Origin: Obrimoposthia wandeli | Taxonomy: Eukaryota | Direction of reading: 5' to 3' | Length of the DNA stretch: 64,000 nt | NCBI GenBank assembly: GCA_977020255.1 | Contig: CDROCS010001609.1 | Span: 186,001-250,000, forward strand | Notes under the pieces: generated by a model | What the model saw: the letters and a program-made list of their open reading frames with translations, nothing else | The model's database searches: none | What the model was told of the DNA's origin: nothing | Shown: piece by piece, positions 40,370 to 55,829 of the stretch | Layout: each line of letters begins with the position of its first letter | How positions within the stretch are numbered: position 1 is the first letter of the stretch | Made by a program: the position numbers and the translations under genes

Positions 40370-41982
40370 TCTAAAAGATTTAATTAAGAAAAACAGAAGA
40401 ATAACAGTTATGAAAGCCAGCCGCTAGGAGAAATAGCAGTTGCTGTTCACTCCCAGACTCAGAGTGCATTAGCAACGTGCGAACAATCCAGCTGCCGGGA
40501 CGAGTAAAGTTAACAACCACTTAAATTAAGAGATAGTTAATTTAAGATTTTTCCCTTGCAGGAGCCGGAATTCACAGACATATACTTCGCAGTCATATAA
40601 ATTAGAAATTTCAGGGAAATTAAACAAAAAAGAAAAAAACGTAAAAAAGAATCCGAATAACTATCCGAACTGTGAAATAAAAAGAATCCTAACGACTATC
40701 CGAACTAAACAAAAACTACAGAAATCAGAGAGATTAACCAGTAAATTGATATATATAAGAAATGAAAAGGGTAATTCTTCGAACTCGCAATAGAACTGAA
40801 TGTCCAAAATCACGAGACAAGCCAACAGAAACAGAGCAAGGAATCAAACGAACGCCGAGTCGAACCATGCGAGACAGGACCCAGGAATCTGAGAGATTAA
40901 TTCCGAGTATCAGAGCCAATGAACAAGGCCTAGCAATTGATCGGCATTAGGGAGTGAATTAGGACGGACCTCGGAAAACAATCCTAGACTTACTGGTGGG
41001 GAGAGAGTAACATTCGAAATTTATTGCTTCAGTAATTTTGTCATTGGAAATAATCAATTCTGCTATATATCATTTCAGTAATTTGTCATTGAAAATAATC
41101 AATTCTGCTGTATATCAATTCAGTAATTTGTCATTGAGATTAATCAATTTTGCCGTAGTCTTTTGATATAAAATAGTTAATTAAATGGTTAATAGTCGGG
41201 TTCAGATCGTTAATCGACGCTTAAACAAATCAGTAAAAAACTAATTAATTTTATGTTAAATGTGTTTCTTTGTATTTTTTATTATTGTTGTATCGACTGG
41301 CAATTAGCAGCTAAACTGCATAATTGAAGTTTTAATTGAAATTAAAAATAAAGAATCAATACATGTTTATCCTCTTCTCAATTCTCAAATCAACCACAAA
41401 TCAACTTAACACGTAGATAATTTCAGTAATTTTGTCATTGAAAATAATCAATTTTGCCGTATTTTGTTGAAATAATCAATTCATATTGTTCGAAGTACTT
41501 TCACTAGTGACGTAACCTATTTGTAAGCAACATATTATTGAAAAGTATCAAATTTGTATTGTTGCAAGATATCGATTCATATTACTCAGAAGTGTCCGAT
41601 TCGTAATAGTGAGAAACTATCTACGCGTGTAATCAAATTTAGCAAATTAAATTGTAACTAGGAAGCGTACCCCAAATCTTTAACTTACTAGGAATAGTAG
41701 AATATATTCTAATCTATGGTCATCGTTATTTGTGGTTTGTTTGAACTAAGTGTTGTTTGATCAAATTGTTAAAACCTCTTTAGTTGGTGTAATAATATAG
41801 CTCTTTCCTACAGTTGACTATATTAATTCAGGTACCCATATATAGCTATAGAGCACTATCAACCACGTTCACATCACACTAAACTAAAAATATAGGCCCC
41901 ATACACCTGTAAGCCCTATTGCTACAGAACTCACGTTGGGTGCCTCCATACGAAGATCTAATCTCAAATAGAAACCCCAACA
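40370..41982 (+). mobile_element. LTR-like element (copy 2), opposite orientation, left end truncated
   Basis: Ends aatagaaaccccaaca; contains taagccctattgctacagaactcacgttggg; ~46-bp internal repeats at 41029-41160 and 41421. Confidence 0.7.
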
Positions 41983-42230
41983 AAGGTACTCCAGGATGAG
42001 AGTTGTTGGGCGTCACCCAGTCTCATGTGGCTGGGATAACGAGAAGTTATCCCGAAAGGGGTGAGGCCACGATTCCGTCTGGACCGCCACCTTTCTGTCA
42101 CCTGCAGTCGCATGTTCCTGTGGCGTTGGGGACACGCGGGGCATTGACGGTGCTCTCCTCCGTTGCAGCTGCCTGGGGAGTGATGTCCCACTGTCTGTCC
42201 ACGGACGACCAGCTTCATTAGGATATGTAA
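41983..42230 (-). pseudogene. Diverged partial paralog of the RING-gene C-terminal region
   Basis: GQTVGHHSPGSCNGGEHRQCPACP...VTERWRSRRNR aligns with GRLVGRHSATSCIGGE*CQCSTCP...VMEVWRSSRDR. Confidence 0.65.
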
Positions 42231-43151
42231 TAAAAAGGGAAAGAACACATTAACAAATAATAGTGCATCAAAATATCCCACCGGTCGAATCAGTGAAATC
42301 GTAGTGAAACTGATTAAAATCTATACCTATTTAAATCGTATTGTAATATTGGTGTAACAGGTACCCTAATATCTGTACTCTATTTCAGATATGTTTTTTA
42401 AAATAAATTGTAGTATAAAATGTTCTGCATGAATAATTAAAACATGTTTATATAATTTGTATTATCAACAAAATGTGTGATGATTGCTAGACCATAACCT
42501 TGAGTAATTATCTGAAAGAAGGATAAGAGGGTTAATTTGATATCATTTCCTATGTTTGGGTTTAAAACTGTGTTTGTGATATTAATAGATCGGTATACTG
42601 TTTCGCGACATTGTTAAAGTGATACAACATTTTATTTTCACTGCTTTAAACGACTGTGTAAGAAATTTTCATTAAGATTTTTTTTACTTGGATATATTTT
42701 AGAAGAATTTGAGTTAATTCAGGTTTAGAAAATTTATATTAATTAATATGAAAAATAAAAATATAATAAAATAAAAGGTATATAATAAGTATAAGATGTC
42801 TAATATTTCTTGATGATTTTTTGCTATATACAAATTTAAAACCAATATTATAAGCAAATATAAGTATATAAATGTATGATTCAGATCTTCTATTATGCAA
42901 CAAAATTAGTGTGTATAGCACATATATTGTATGTTTTTAGCATAGAAATAAATTGACAATTAACTTCTAAAATATTTTTCAATTAATTATGTAAAATACA
43001 AGCTATCACGTTTTATTGATCACTAATATCAATAGATTGAATTTATTTTATAAAATAAACAACTTTAGTAGATTACAATTTGTTTAATTTAGGTGTTTTT
43101 TTAAATAATTTATTGTCAATTTCTAATTTTACGTGACGGATTGCAGCAAAA

Positions 43152-46100
43152 ATGCCTGAGGTTATTTATTTAATTAATCAATGAAATTACATTTACCATT
43201 TTAAAGCCAATAACTGTATTGCTAACCGGAGCGGCTGGTCAGATTGGGTATGCTTTGGTATCAGCTGTTGCTAACGGTTCTATCTTTGGTCCGAATCAGG
43301 TTTCGTTTTTGTATTTTATTGCGAGATTTAATTCTTTTTTAAATAGCATGTGATCTTGCATTTGTTGGACATTCCCCAAATGCTTCAATCACTCAATGGT
43401 CTCATAATGGAGCTGGAAGATTGTGCTTTTCCTTTGTTGAAAAGTGCATTTTATATAATTGATTTTCAGTAATTAATATTTTTCAGAGGTCATTGCAACA
43501 TCGGATCTGAAAGAAGCGTTTACTGATGTTGATTACGCTCTGATGGTGGGTGCAATGCCCCGAAAAGAGGGCATGGAGCGCAAGGACTTGCTGAAGGCCA
43601 ATGTCAGCATCTTTAAGGTACAAGGAGAGGCGCTTGACAAGCATGCCAAGAAGACGGTTCGTGTACTTGTGGTCGGGAATCCTGCAAATACAAACTGCTA
43701 CATCATGAGCCACTATGCACCATCAATTCCCAAAGAGAACTTCTCTGCTCTTACAAGACTCGATCACAACAGAGCTCAGGCGCAGGTGTGTATTAAGTAT
43801 AACGCTGTAAACATTGTAAGTGGAAAACTTTACTAATAATTTGAGTTCATTTATTATTAGAGTAAATATTCTGTAACATTTTTGATATTCACTCAAAATG
43901 ATTAATCTGTTTCACAGATTAGAATCCTATAAATTTACTAATTGTAATAAAATCAGTGAAAACTTCATTCAATTCAATCAAAAGTCATAAAACCTTTGCT
44001 ATGAAGTGCATATTTGTTACCATATGCGTATTTTATGTTGAAATATTTTCAGGATTTAATTAATAATGTATAATTTAGATCATACGGATGTAATTTAACA
44101 TTATGGATTAGGTATATTATTGAGTAAAAATATTCTAAAATTTTCATTTGAATGAGTCCTGCTAATTTATATATCTTTTCAAACAAACTTATCTGTAATC
44201 TTTGGTTTATAAGTTTGAATGTGTGTTTTAGCATTACCTGAAAATGATATTTTTCAAAAATAGAGCTGATAATTAATAATGAATATAGAAAAATAATGTT
44301 TACATGCTAACTGAAACTATTTTTTAGAATAAATACACCGGGTAAATTTTTTATTAAATGAAAGAGTAATTAAACAGTCTATAAAGAAGATGAAAATCGT
44401 ATGTTTTTTATGTGAATTTAATGTAAAAGAATTTATTAGACTGGTAAAGTGAGTTTATAAAGAACATATTCAATGTAAAATAACAATTCTTGGCCAAAGA
44501 ATTGTGTTTGTAAATATTTCAAAATTTCGGTGTTGAATTTTTGGTATTGAATAATGAAAATATTCACCTTTCCATTGCAATAATGTTATTTGGTGATTAA
44601 ACTAACATACTCTCTAACCTTTGTAAATATTTTGGATTTAGGTAACTTAAGCTAGGATTAATCAATAACTACTTCTTTAATTGTAATTAATCCATCTAAT
44701 TTTAGCGAATGCAGTTATTTGGTGATAGAAGCTCGTATAAAACTTCGAACTACGGTTTAATGTCATGAAAATAAACGTATTTTCTAATTGAATAGTATAT
44801 CGATCATAAATCTGAGTTTATTCATTGTTTAAAGTCAAAAATCACCTGTGTTATGTATTTATAAGATATCTACAGTAACATGCAAACAAATATTTCTGCT
44901 TCATATGTTTCAAAAATTAAATATGTAATTTTCGTGTAGTCATTTTCTTTTTCCCTTTCAGAAGGCCTAATTTTATAAATCACGATTTTGGCGTGAAAGA
45001 AGAACAGTGAAGGCTTGTCCAGTGGACAATGTCCGCTGTATTTTCAGTATTAACTTGATTTTGTACTATTAATTTATATAAATTATTTAAATACTGTAAG
45101 GACTGTTTTGCAATGTACAAATAAATTAATAAAAAATGTGTTTAATTTCCATTTCTTTTTTGGTTTCCTAAAAAGTACCGAAAATAACTTAATTTTTTGA
45201 GTACCGATTAATTATTAAATCGAACTCTAAATGAAAATATAAATCTTAAAAAGAAAGTTGACTAACGCAGATTAGTTTGAATAAGAGTTGGAAATGTACA
45301 AAATGTCGCTTGTTTAGATTGGATTTCTATCGTAATTTGTCTTATAACTATCCTTCACCATGTTGCAGATTGCTAACCGAGTTGGAGTGGCCTGCAATAG
45401 CGTGTCACGCTGCATCATCTGGGGCAACCACAGCAGCACGCAGTACCCGGACGTGAGCCACGGTATCGTACATGGTCTGGACGGCAAGCAACACAGCGTG
45501 AAGGATGCCGTCAAGGACGACTGCTGGCTCAAAAGCGAGTTCGTAAAGACAGTGCAGACTCGTGGGGGAGCTGTCATTGCCGCCCGAAAACTCAGCAGTG
45601 CTTTATCGGCTGCCAAGGCTATTGCGGACCACTGCAGAGACTGGTTCCATGGCTCGGTAAGTGATATCTCAATGTTCTAGAATCATTCGTCATTTGACTA
45701 TTTACAAAATGATTATTGATTATTTATTAAAATTTATTCAATAACATAATTTCTTAAAGGGCCATCAATTTAGTAAGTAAGCACTGAGACTGAGAGAAGA
45801 AATGCATACATAGTGATGAAGGATATGTGCTGGAAAGCATATGAAAGCGGTATACTCTGAAAAATGATATTATATAATAAAAATATGTCGCTAAAATATA
45901 CAGTTGCTTTGTCATGTCAGTTTTTTTCAATATTGTGGGCCAATCATGTCATTGAGAATAGCCGAGGAATTGTGAATTATAGCTAGGTGTAGCGAGCCTG
46001 CATTCTTCACTTTTTAATGATTCAATGCCTGTCTAACAAAGGCTTTGTTCTTACATTCTCAGCCAATTTTGTGATGGATATATTATGTTTAAGCATCGCA

Positions 46101-49100
46101 TTATATGTTCATTTTTCCCACTGTGTATGTTCAATTGTATTCACGTCAGATATGATTACATTTACTGATTTGTAGATTTGGTAGTAACTCAATCTTATAG
46201 ATTTTTAAGATCGAAAGGTTTTCATAGAATAAATATGCGATCAAATTGCATTCGAAAAGTTTATGATTATGTATTAGTATGAAGATCATGATAGCGGTAC
46301 CCCGTAAAATGAATAATTGTGTACATAGGGTGGATCCCTTCAAGATGGTCAAAATTATGCAATATTATGCGTACGTACTAAATGGATAACATCGATAAAA
46401 TCCAAAATATTCTTTACAATTTTATAATGTGCAGTTTTCTATACATTTTAGTGAACAATTGTACAAATAAACAATGTTTCAATAGATTACAATAGAAGAG
46501 TTGTCTGATTAAATTATTCATTCTTTTATTATTCTTATGACATTTAACAATATCTATTGGTGTTGGCTGGATAGTAATATTTCTGCTTAACACACCAGTT
46601 TGACCAAGTACAGACGAAGAATCGCGTCTGGAACAAACTGCAATGTGCGTACGTGACAAAGTACATATGAATTGTTTATTATATGCTGGGGTAAACAGAC
46701 GCCATTTGTGACCTATAATTTTAATTGGCACTGTCGTAATAATTACCACAGTTACCGGAAACAGATCTAAACTTGAGTTTACAGGTTACTACATCAACCA
46801 ATATTTGTTATGAGAAAATTCGTTTGAAATTATAAAATGAATTAAATTTTATAACAAACACAAAATTTTAAACATTAGTAGAAAATTAGTATTTAATTTT
46901 ATCACAAATTTTGCTTTTAAATGTCTGTTACATAAAGATTTAACAATATTATAAATATTTATTTTTCTTGGTTAGCATTGAGAAAATATCGAAATATAAT
47001 AAGAAAACTGAGATGCCTATTACATGACATTATTAGATAAATACTTTACTTACAAAATTCTTTACTTTAATATTCCAGTTAATCAATTAATCGCTTAACA
47101 AAGCTGTCAGAATTATATTCAAATTACAAAAATGTGTTAGTACAATTGAACATTTAATGGAGCTCCATTGCTTACTGATCATTGCCAGAATTTAATTTAA
47201 GATCCCTTTTATTACAAAAATTATATTTTGTCACAAAATCCTAAATATTTATATGGTTGTCTCGAGCCTGGTACAGTAAATATTTATATGCATCTTAGGG
47301 GCAACGATGACAGAAGATGGGTTAATAAATTCTTAAATAACACAGATTAATGGAATATTTGAAATTTAAGCTCCGATTTTTTCTCAAACTGTAACAATCT
47401 AGAAAAATTTAAGAAGCAACTAACGATTTTACTATGGGTGCGAAATTTGGACTAGTCAAATCGGTTAATTTTATCATCAAATAAAAAAAAATAGCAACAG
47501 AAAAAAAAAGTTGCACACAGAAAAATAAACTAGCATCAATTAAATAAATTTGCAAGAAATTAAATAGCTTTTACTACTAATTAAATTTATATTTGCAACA
47601 ATAAAAAATCATACTATATGCTTTTTTTTTCAATAGTCAAATCGATCAAATTTATCATCAAATAATATTTTTTTTTCATCAAATTTTTTTTCAAATTATA
47701 CATAATTAGATAAATTAAAAATATTCGATATTATTGGAATTTATAAGAAATAAAGGAAAACTAAGTATTTCCAGCAATAATAATGTGGTCATTTTCAATA
47801 ATTTAAATGAAGATGTTAAGACAATTCAAACTTTTGATAAAGCGATTGAAACAAACTTTTCAATAAGTACTGTCTCAGTTAATAATGATATATGGAAATC
47901 ATCAAAGTGTACTTGTGCTTCGTTTTTCAAGAACTACATATGTAAACATATAGTCATTTCTGCACTATTATTGAAACTAACAACTGATGATGAAAGGGCT
48001 AAATCCATATTTTAGGGTCAAAAGAAAAAACGCGGTCGTCCTAAGAAAGCAACTCGTGCGTTAATAATTTCTTAATATACATTTTGAATTATGTTATACG
48101 TTATATTCATTTAATTTTAAAATATTACCTTTTATAATCCCATATAATCCCATTTTAAGTTGAGAAACATAATATTTTAGAAACTAAATTTAAAATAAAA
48201 TTCTTAAAGTTCTTATGTTTTACGTTATATTCTTCTAAGAAACTAAATTTGATGCTAAAATTATTTTTTAGATGGTGAAAAATAATTAAATATTTGACTG
48301 TATTTTTTATTGTTTTGATGATAAAAAATTATTTCGCGTTTTACTATTTACAAATATTACGAAGAAAGCTCTTTTGACTAATAAAATATTATTTTATTAG
48401 ATATTATCGCTTTATTAAATATATTATTGTGATGGTTATTATTTTTATTCTAACTAAACAATGGCACAATATTATGTCATTCTCTTGATAATTTATGGAA
48501 TAATATGTAATTATTAGATCATTTAATTTTATATCAATGTGACAGTAATCAGTGCAATATTTTTTTAATTAACAGCTTTGGTGTTAAACTACTAATAGGA
48601 TGGAAAATTCTCATCTTGAGCAATATTGTACTTCTAAAATGTGCTTGTAAATAGTGCATAGATCATTTATGAAAAATCTTACGCGAATATTGTAAAAGTT
48701 GCTTATTTACGGCTCATCTAAAATTTTCCTTTTCAAAAACTTAATAATTTATATATAAGTGATTTATTTTCTCAGTAATGGAATTATATTAACAAAATAA
48801 TAACGTTTTCCCTTTATCGAAAGAGAATAATTTTAGTTTAAATGGGTTAGGTTATTACGAAAATGTTATAAAATTAATCAGATTTTGAAATATCAACATT
48901 TTCAGAAACGCAGTATTTTATATATATATCGGCAGTTAGTTGTATTTGAGGCAAGTGAAAGTAGAATTACGCCAAAAATTAGGGCCTCATAGTTGTATTT
49001 GATTTTATTATAATGATATTTTTTTGTTGCTCTACGTAAAAGTATTAAATAATTTTTTTAAAAGGTTTGCATAGTTTCTATAAAATTTATATCTAAATAG

Positions 49101-49692
49101 GCTCTTATAGGCCCTGTATATATATATATGAAAATTATATTTAGTTATAACAATAAAATATTAGGTACGATCTATTGCGAAAAAAGTAAATACTTGTTTT
49201 GATTTTTTTTATAAATTCTATTGTTGCAAAATAGATCCAAATATTTCAGGTTGCTGTTTAGAAAGATTCAAATCTCCTGACTTATTAATAAAAGTTTTCT
49301 AAACATCAGCATTGTGTAATCTGTATCCGTATTATCTTTTTTAATTTAAATAATTTAATTTGTTATTGATATAAAATATTTTTTGTAATCAAGATATTAA
49401 AAAAGCATTAAAACATATTTCCCTTTGAGAGAAAATTTTAAAGTTGTACTATTTTATTTTACAATGAATATATTCTGGTGTGCAGAAAGAATGGGTATCA
49501 ATGGCTGTCTACAGCGATGGAAGCTACGGAGTACCTGCCGACATATTTTACAGTTTCCCGGTCACGATATCTGGAGGCAAATGGCACATTGTGCAGGGTC
49601 TGTCTGTAGATGACTTCTCTCGCCAGAAGATGGATGACACCGCCAAAGAACTCGTACAGGAAAAGACGGATGCGGTTTCCTTCTGCAGTTGA
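43152..49692 (+). CDS. MDH1: Cytosolic malate dehydrogenase, multi-exon
   Basis: [108 protein letters not shown]; GT-AG introns. Confidence 0.97.
47860..48075 (+). pseudogene. MULE-type transposase C-terminal remnant (SWIM finger plus AT-hook)
   Basis: [18 protein letters not shown] followed in frame, past a stop, by KKKRGRPKK. Confidence 0.65.
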
Positions 49693-50146
49693 CTCGCGTC
49701 GTCTTCGGCAACTAGTACGGCGATCGCCGTCGTTAGACTCTAACTCTTTTAGCTTGACTACTCAACATTGCTCTCTCTCTTTGTCTGTTTCTGTTTGCGC
49801 CGGTGTAGTAAAATATTAATATTTAGCTAATTCGACATACTATTTTCCTATGACTTGCTTGAATTATACAAGTTCGACATGCACATCTGAAGAATGGATT
49901 TTAGCTCTGTTATGCCAAAGAAAAATAGATTTTGTTCATGAGATAGAATACGCAACATCATTCTAAAGAAAAGTTCAGTTTTCAAAAAATGATTTAGGAT
50001 ATATGGAATAATTTTTTAATATTTGCATGTGTGTTTAAAATGAAAGTCATAAAAGCTTATAACATCTCTCTATGTATGTTTGTAACAGTGAAAAGTTTAG
50101 TTGTCAAAATTAATTAAAATACAATCATTTTTGCTAGCCATCATAT

Positions 50147-51485
50147 GGTTGGGGTTTCTATGAAACTAGATTCTCATCCGGAGGCCCCAAAAGTGAATTA
50201 TGTAGCGATAGGCTTACACATGATGTGGTTTACCTATTCATAATTTGATGAAGCTTAGTCTCACTATTTATTTTTGTTTCGTGGTGTGTACAGAGAGTTG
50301 TTTTCAGGAGAACTAGAGATATCCCAAACTATTGTAGTGTAATGTGGGCTAATATTTTGAGCCAGTTAGGCCGAAGTGATTTTTTATTTCAAAATGGTCT
50401 GGCTAAAACCAAGACTGAAAATAACCAAACGAAGTCCGAACCAAGCGATGTTAACGATCACCCTCGGACTGTATCACGGCTCGAGTTACCGTTAGGCGGT
50501 TAGCTCTCGACTGTCCTATAGGTTAGTGGGTCATAAAGCTTCATAAGGTTGGTTGTTTCCAAAAAATCGTGCGATTATTTGGGAATTACTTAATTTTATT
50601 CCTAAAGATGGATATTTAAATATCTCAAAATATACCTTCGCCACTAAATAGATCTCCAGCGTTTCTTAATTATAAAATTCAATACATTCACGTTAAATTC
50701 TTTCAAACACAAACTTCAATATATTCACTTTAATTCTTTCAATTACAAAATTAAATATATTCACTTTAAGTTACTATCAATATTTTCTCTTTTAAAATTC
50801 AATCTATTTACTTTAACTCTTTACTGTGTTACCGTTGTTCTATAAGATCCCTGTCTGTTTTCCTTCGTCCAATCCACATAAGTCACTGTAATCTAGTTTG
50901 TCCTTCATCTTGTTCTTCCTCGAGAATCGTATCTCTTCCTTCTCCCTTGTTTGGATTCGTCTGTATAGCGTCTAGTTTCTATGTCCGTATCTCCTCCGTT
51001 TTATACACGTAAGCCTCGGTGTTTCTTAACTGCTGATTTCGCCTTATATATTACGGTCTGCTGAAATTGTATTGGATACACAATGCTGTTATTTACTAGA
51101 AATACTTTTACTGGACGATGGCCGGATGTTGTCAGTTCGTTCGAATCAGAATGTGGTTCGAACTGAATTTGATCGATAGTTTTTCACAATTATTCCTCAC
51201 TCGCAATGTTGTTATTGATTTGCGAATTCTATTTATAGAATTTCTTAATTTTGCTGCAATTCTCAATCTCGATTTTTCCACTGGCTCTTTTTGTTGAAAT
51301 TGTGTATGCCTTTATACACATCTCCTACGACCTCTTCAAGGTTTCAATTTACTCAATATAACATATTTTTATTTTATTTTAAAACTTTTTTTATTTTTAT
51401 TTCAACCTTATATGTTTTTAAGGTTACATTTTTAGTATAAATAATTGTTATTATTTATTTCATATTAGGTTTCCTTAATCTAACA
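50147..51485 (-). mobile_element. Solo LTR (copy 3) with ATAT target-site duplication
   Basis: atat|ggttggggtttctat ... aatctaaca|atat; first base differs from the TG consensus of other copies. Confidence 0.7.
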
Positions 51486-52649
51486 ATATTATGACAATGT
51501 GTGTATGTAACCATGCAAATGTTCGGACCATAGTTGAAGCCTCTGGTATGTGCGTTCTTTAGAGTGATAGGTTTTGTACGGATGGCCTACCCTTTTTTAT
51601 CGTAAAACTATCTGAAGGTTAAGTTTGGGTTTTTATGCCTCTTAATTTATGTGTGAATTTTTCTTAATAACACAACGTGTATGACCTAGCAAAATATGCT
51701 CTTCAGCTACACGTGGGGTTGTTATCTAAGTCTAGAGTCGCGTACAGTAAAGCTACTTTAGGCAAATGCCGATTTATCTTATTCTATGTCTTCTTAAAAT
51801 TACAATTCTACTCAAAAATAAAATGTTTTATTACACGACAAAATCTCAAACACAGGTTTAGGTTTAAATAAAATATACTACGTTTGTTTTAGAATCAAAT
51901 GTAAAACACGTTGGTTTCAAACAAAATAATATATGACAAAAATTTCGACTTATTCTACGTTCTCTAGCCAATATTTATCAGAGGTGTTTGAAAAGGTGTG
52001 GTGCAGTGTACAGGTTAATTTTAATATGAGGAAAATTTGAAATTAAAAAATTCTTCGGCCTGTTTCAGGATTTTTAGAAGTTTACCCTTAAGTTAAATTA
52101 CTAAAGACAGCGATCACTGTGAGTCAATAATTTTATAACTGTTAAATAGAATTAAAAAAATAAAGTATTATAATTTTATAAATGTTAATAAAATCCCTAG
52201 CCTGAGTGCCGCTTCCTGGAGCGTCTTGATACAAATTCGTCCTTCTGACAATTTTGGCTCTTTTCTTGTTCGATATTTGAGTTTCGTGTCTTGTTTGATA
52301 TAATTGTGCAAGAATTCTGGCTACCTCTTCTTTTTCTTGATTCCACAGTCTAATCAGCTCCGGGTCAATGGAATTTTGCTTCTTCTGAAACTCTCAGACA
52401 ATTCTCAGCTTGGGATTGCTAGAGGACAAGCTGCTCTGCCTCGTATTTGACAAATCCACTTAGTTGATACTAATAATTTCGTTTATGGTGTCTCAGGTGA
52501 CCTATATCTGCTGACTCAGAGGTCACCTGAGATTAATTAAACCTTCAATTTGTTTATGGAGTTTAATTAATTCTTTAATTTGTCCCCTTTAATTTATTTT
52601 TATTTAACGTTTAAATGTCAGGGTCATCAAATGTCCTTGGCCAGGATTA

Positions 52650-53900
52650 TAAATATAGCCAATTATTTAATTATTTACATTTTATTCGTAAAGATTTTGC
52701 TAGTCCATGTTGCGTTGTATTACAGTTGGTTATGTATGTACACGGGGTGTGCATGATGGTTGTAGAAATTCTTCGCTCGAAATCACATACTGTGATTTGG
52801 ACTGGGTGCACTTTGTTTTCTTTATCGTACAAATTATGATTGCTATCAATTTGTGCTTGAGAAATTCAGGTGTATCGAACAATTCACATCTTCCATTTGA
52901 CATTTGACAGAAGACTTAGGAATGTACTCTTAGTAATTATCTTTAACGTTTCTAAACTCGTCGTCATTTCGAAGATGTCTGCTTATGCGTTCCACGCTAC
53001 TCCCAAGGTCTTTATGCTTTGCATGGTTTCGCCATCCGCGATTTGTAATACTTTCGCTTGGTCTGCTGTGGCGATTTGTTGGTTGACTCTGTCATTGTTG
53101 CTTAACCATTTTTGGCACTCATTCCCACGCTGTCCCACACCCGCAGCATATCTTGTTGTAACTGTATTGCCTCTTCGACGGACGGCACATAATTCAAACT
53201 ATCATCTATGTATGTGGATTGTAGTATCGTCTCGATGGCTATGTCAAATAATCCCACGAACTTCTCCGTGTTTATTCGAGTCACTAACTGTGCTAAAAAG
53301 TTTATTCCAAACACTACCCGATTAAATTCATACATTTTCACTTTTCTGCGCTCTTTCCGTAGAAACCTCAACCACGCTTTATCCTTCTCTGCCACCTTTA
53401 TCTGGAGATACATCTCTGATATATCACAAACTAATGCTACAGCACCTTTTCTGAACCTTAACAAGATCGTTACTAGATCTACTTGCAGCTTCGGCACACA
53501 ATGAATTAAATCATTCATACTTATGCCTCGCACTTCCACCGCTGCATTGAACACTATTCGAACTTTAGTTGTTTCATTTTCCAGCTTGATGGTCGGAAAA
53601 AGCGATAACAACCACTTAGTCAACTTTACTTCATCTTCCGGTACCTTTCTGATGTAACCCTTCTCGTAAGCTCTCGATGACTGCCGTGTACTCCGATTTC
53701 AACTGTGTGTCTTTGTCCAATCGTCTCTCCAAGCTCCTCTGCCACTGGTTAGCCATTTCACAGTTTTATCTAACATTAGTGTTCTTATTTTTCACGGAAA
53801 ACTTACTTCAAAACTCTCTTCCACCTCTACTATTTCGCGTCGTGTTTCCTGCAATACTTTATCATCGTTATGATTTAACTTTCCTTGGATAGTTGGTACG
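52650..53900 (-). pseudogene. BEL/Pao LTR retrotransposon pol remnant
   Basis: TTKVRIVFNAA, LLRFR, CDISEMYLQI, LRFL, YEFNRVVFG, TYIDD are typical Pao-type RT motifs. Confidence 0.85.
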
Positions 53901-53999
53901 GCTTCTACTTCCCAGAATTTTACTATATCGAAAATCTCTGTTTCGATATGCGTTCTCAAATATGCATGGGTTAAATTTTGTATATTGTCGACCTCTCGT

Positions 54000-55600
54000 T
54001 GATCATCGTACCCGACCTATACAAGTCCATGTCTATCGACTGTTGTCTATCCATGTACTTATTATTCGTTCTCCATTGCGGCGGAGTATACCTACTACCT
54101 CTATTCCATGGTAGGGGTGAATTATATCATCTGTAATTATTTCCAAAATTATTATTACCGAATCTACTATTTCCGAATTCCTTACTTCTAGTACAATCTC
54201 TCGAGTAGAAACCCATTTTTTACCTGTATAACACATTATTCTTCCTCGAATGTATATTTTATTATGTCCGTCTTCGAACTGTACTGGACGACTATTCTGT
54301 CTATTATCATAGCGTCCTCTAAAATAATTTCTTCGGAAATTTGTTTCATAACCGTTTCCTCGATTATTGAATCTTCCATCACTATCTCCTGCATTATTTC
54401 TGAATCGAGAGTCTTTTCGCTCTCCTCTGTTTGCGTTATAATTCCGATCGTCTCCTCTTCAGGGTAGGCGATTTCTTGAATTGTCTCTACTAAATTTATT
54501 TCTGGAATCATCTCTGTTTCTGTTCCACGAATCATTACTATTTCTACTTCTCGAATCGTCTCGATTCCTATTCCATGCATCGTTATTGTTTCTACCTCTC
54601 GAATCATCTCTATTTTTACTTCTGAAATTATCTCTATTTCCGTTACCAGATTCATCTTTTTTTTGAACTTATTTTGTTCATAATTTCGATTCTGAAAATT
54701 ACTTGATTCTGCCTTATTCACGAATACTTTGTCTTATCCTCATCACCAGCGGCCACTGCGTTGATCGCAAATGCTGCCTTATTCTTTATATTTTTCTCAA
54801 TTTCTCTCGCCTTTCGTACGGCATTATCAAGATCATTTGTATCCGATACTGCCAATAATATTTTAATCTTTTTTCAATCCTCCTCTGAATATATCCATCA
54901 AAACGTCTGCCATTTCATTTTTGTTCCGATTATCTTCCGCTAATTGTACATCTTCAGCCACAGGTTCACCTGCCTGATTTCTCAATATCTTTCTTGGATG
55001 CGCTCGTGCTGCCAAGGTTCTCAAAACATACGCATATTCATTCAAGCTCTCGTCATGTTTCTGTTTATGTTCTCTCCAAATTCGCTTATTCACTTTTTCT
55101 AAATCTTCCAATACCAATTTTCCTATAAAAGCATTTTCTAGTGTTTCCCAATCTACATGTTTTGCTTCTGTCATGTGTTTATACACTTCGAGTGCTAGTT
55201 CAGTCAAATGCGTCTGTACGCGGACAAATATTTCTTTATCGTTCCATCCTTGAACGTCTGCGCAACTGGAATATTCCGCGAGGAAGACACAAATACTTTC
55301 CTCATCTTCTTTAAACTTTGTAATCTACAATTCTCCCGAAATGTTAGGTCTCAACGTCGCATTCAAAGCTTATGTCAACTGATTCGTATTCATATTACCT
55401 ATATTATGTACGGCATTATTTCCTGGTTGAGCTCCTGCGTGAGCCATATTTTCAACTTATTCCTTCAATATTATTCTAATCAATTTTCGCAATCTCTTCT
55501 GGATTGGCACTTTCAATATCATTTTTATTCACGACTTCAGTAACTTCAATTTCTTGGTTTACTTCACCTAACCAATCAGTCTATTCAAAACAGTCAGTTG
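54000..55600 (-). pseudogene. Gypsy-like gag remnant
   Basis: DWETLENAF...KQKHDESLNEYAYVLRTLA retrotransposon gag motif, downstream of the LTR at 56147. Confidence 0.65.
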
Positions 55601-55829
55601 AAACTGCTGATTGATTAATGTCTCTTTCTGATAAGTTTTCTTTGATTCTAACTTCTTCTATTACTTCTTTATCTGCTCGAGGAATCTGATTTTGTCTTCT
55701 AGTATTAAACGCGGGTCCTTTTTTATTATTCGTTGTCTTATAAATTATGTGTTTGCTTATTTTTACGATATCAATTTATTTATTACTTTTATATCTTATT
55801 TCTCAGCTATTATTTTACGACTTCTATAT

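Noticed and set aside
52200-52480. Coding-like minus-strand stretch (SIDPELIRLWNQEKEEVARIL)
   Set aside because: Stops in every frame and no recognisable family.
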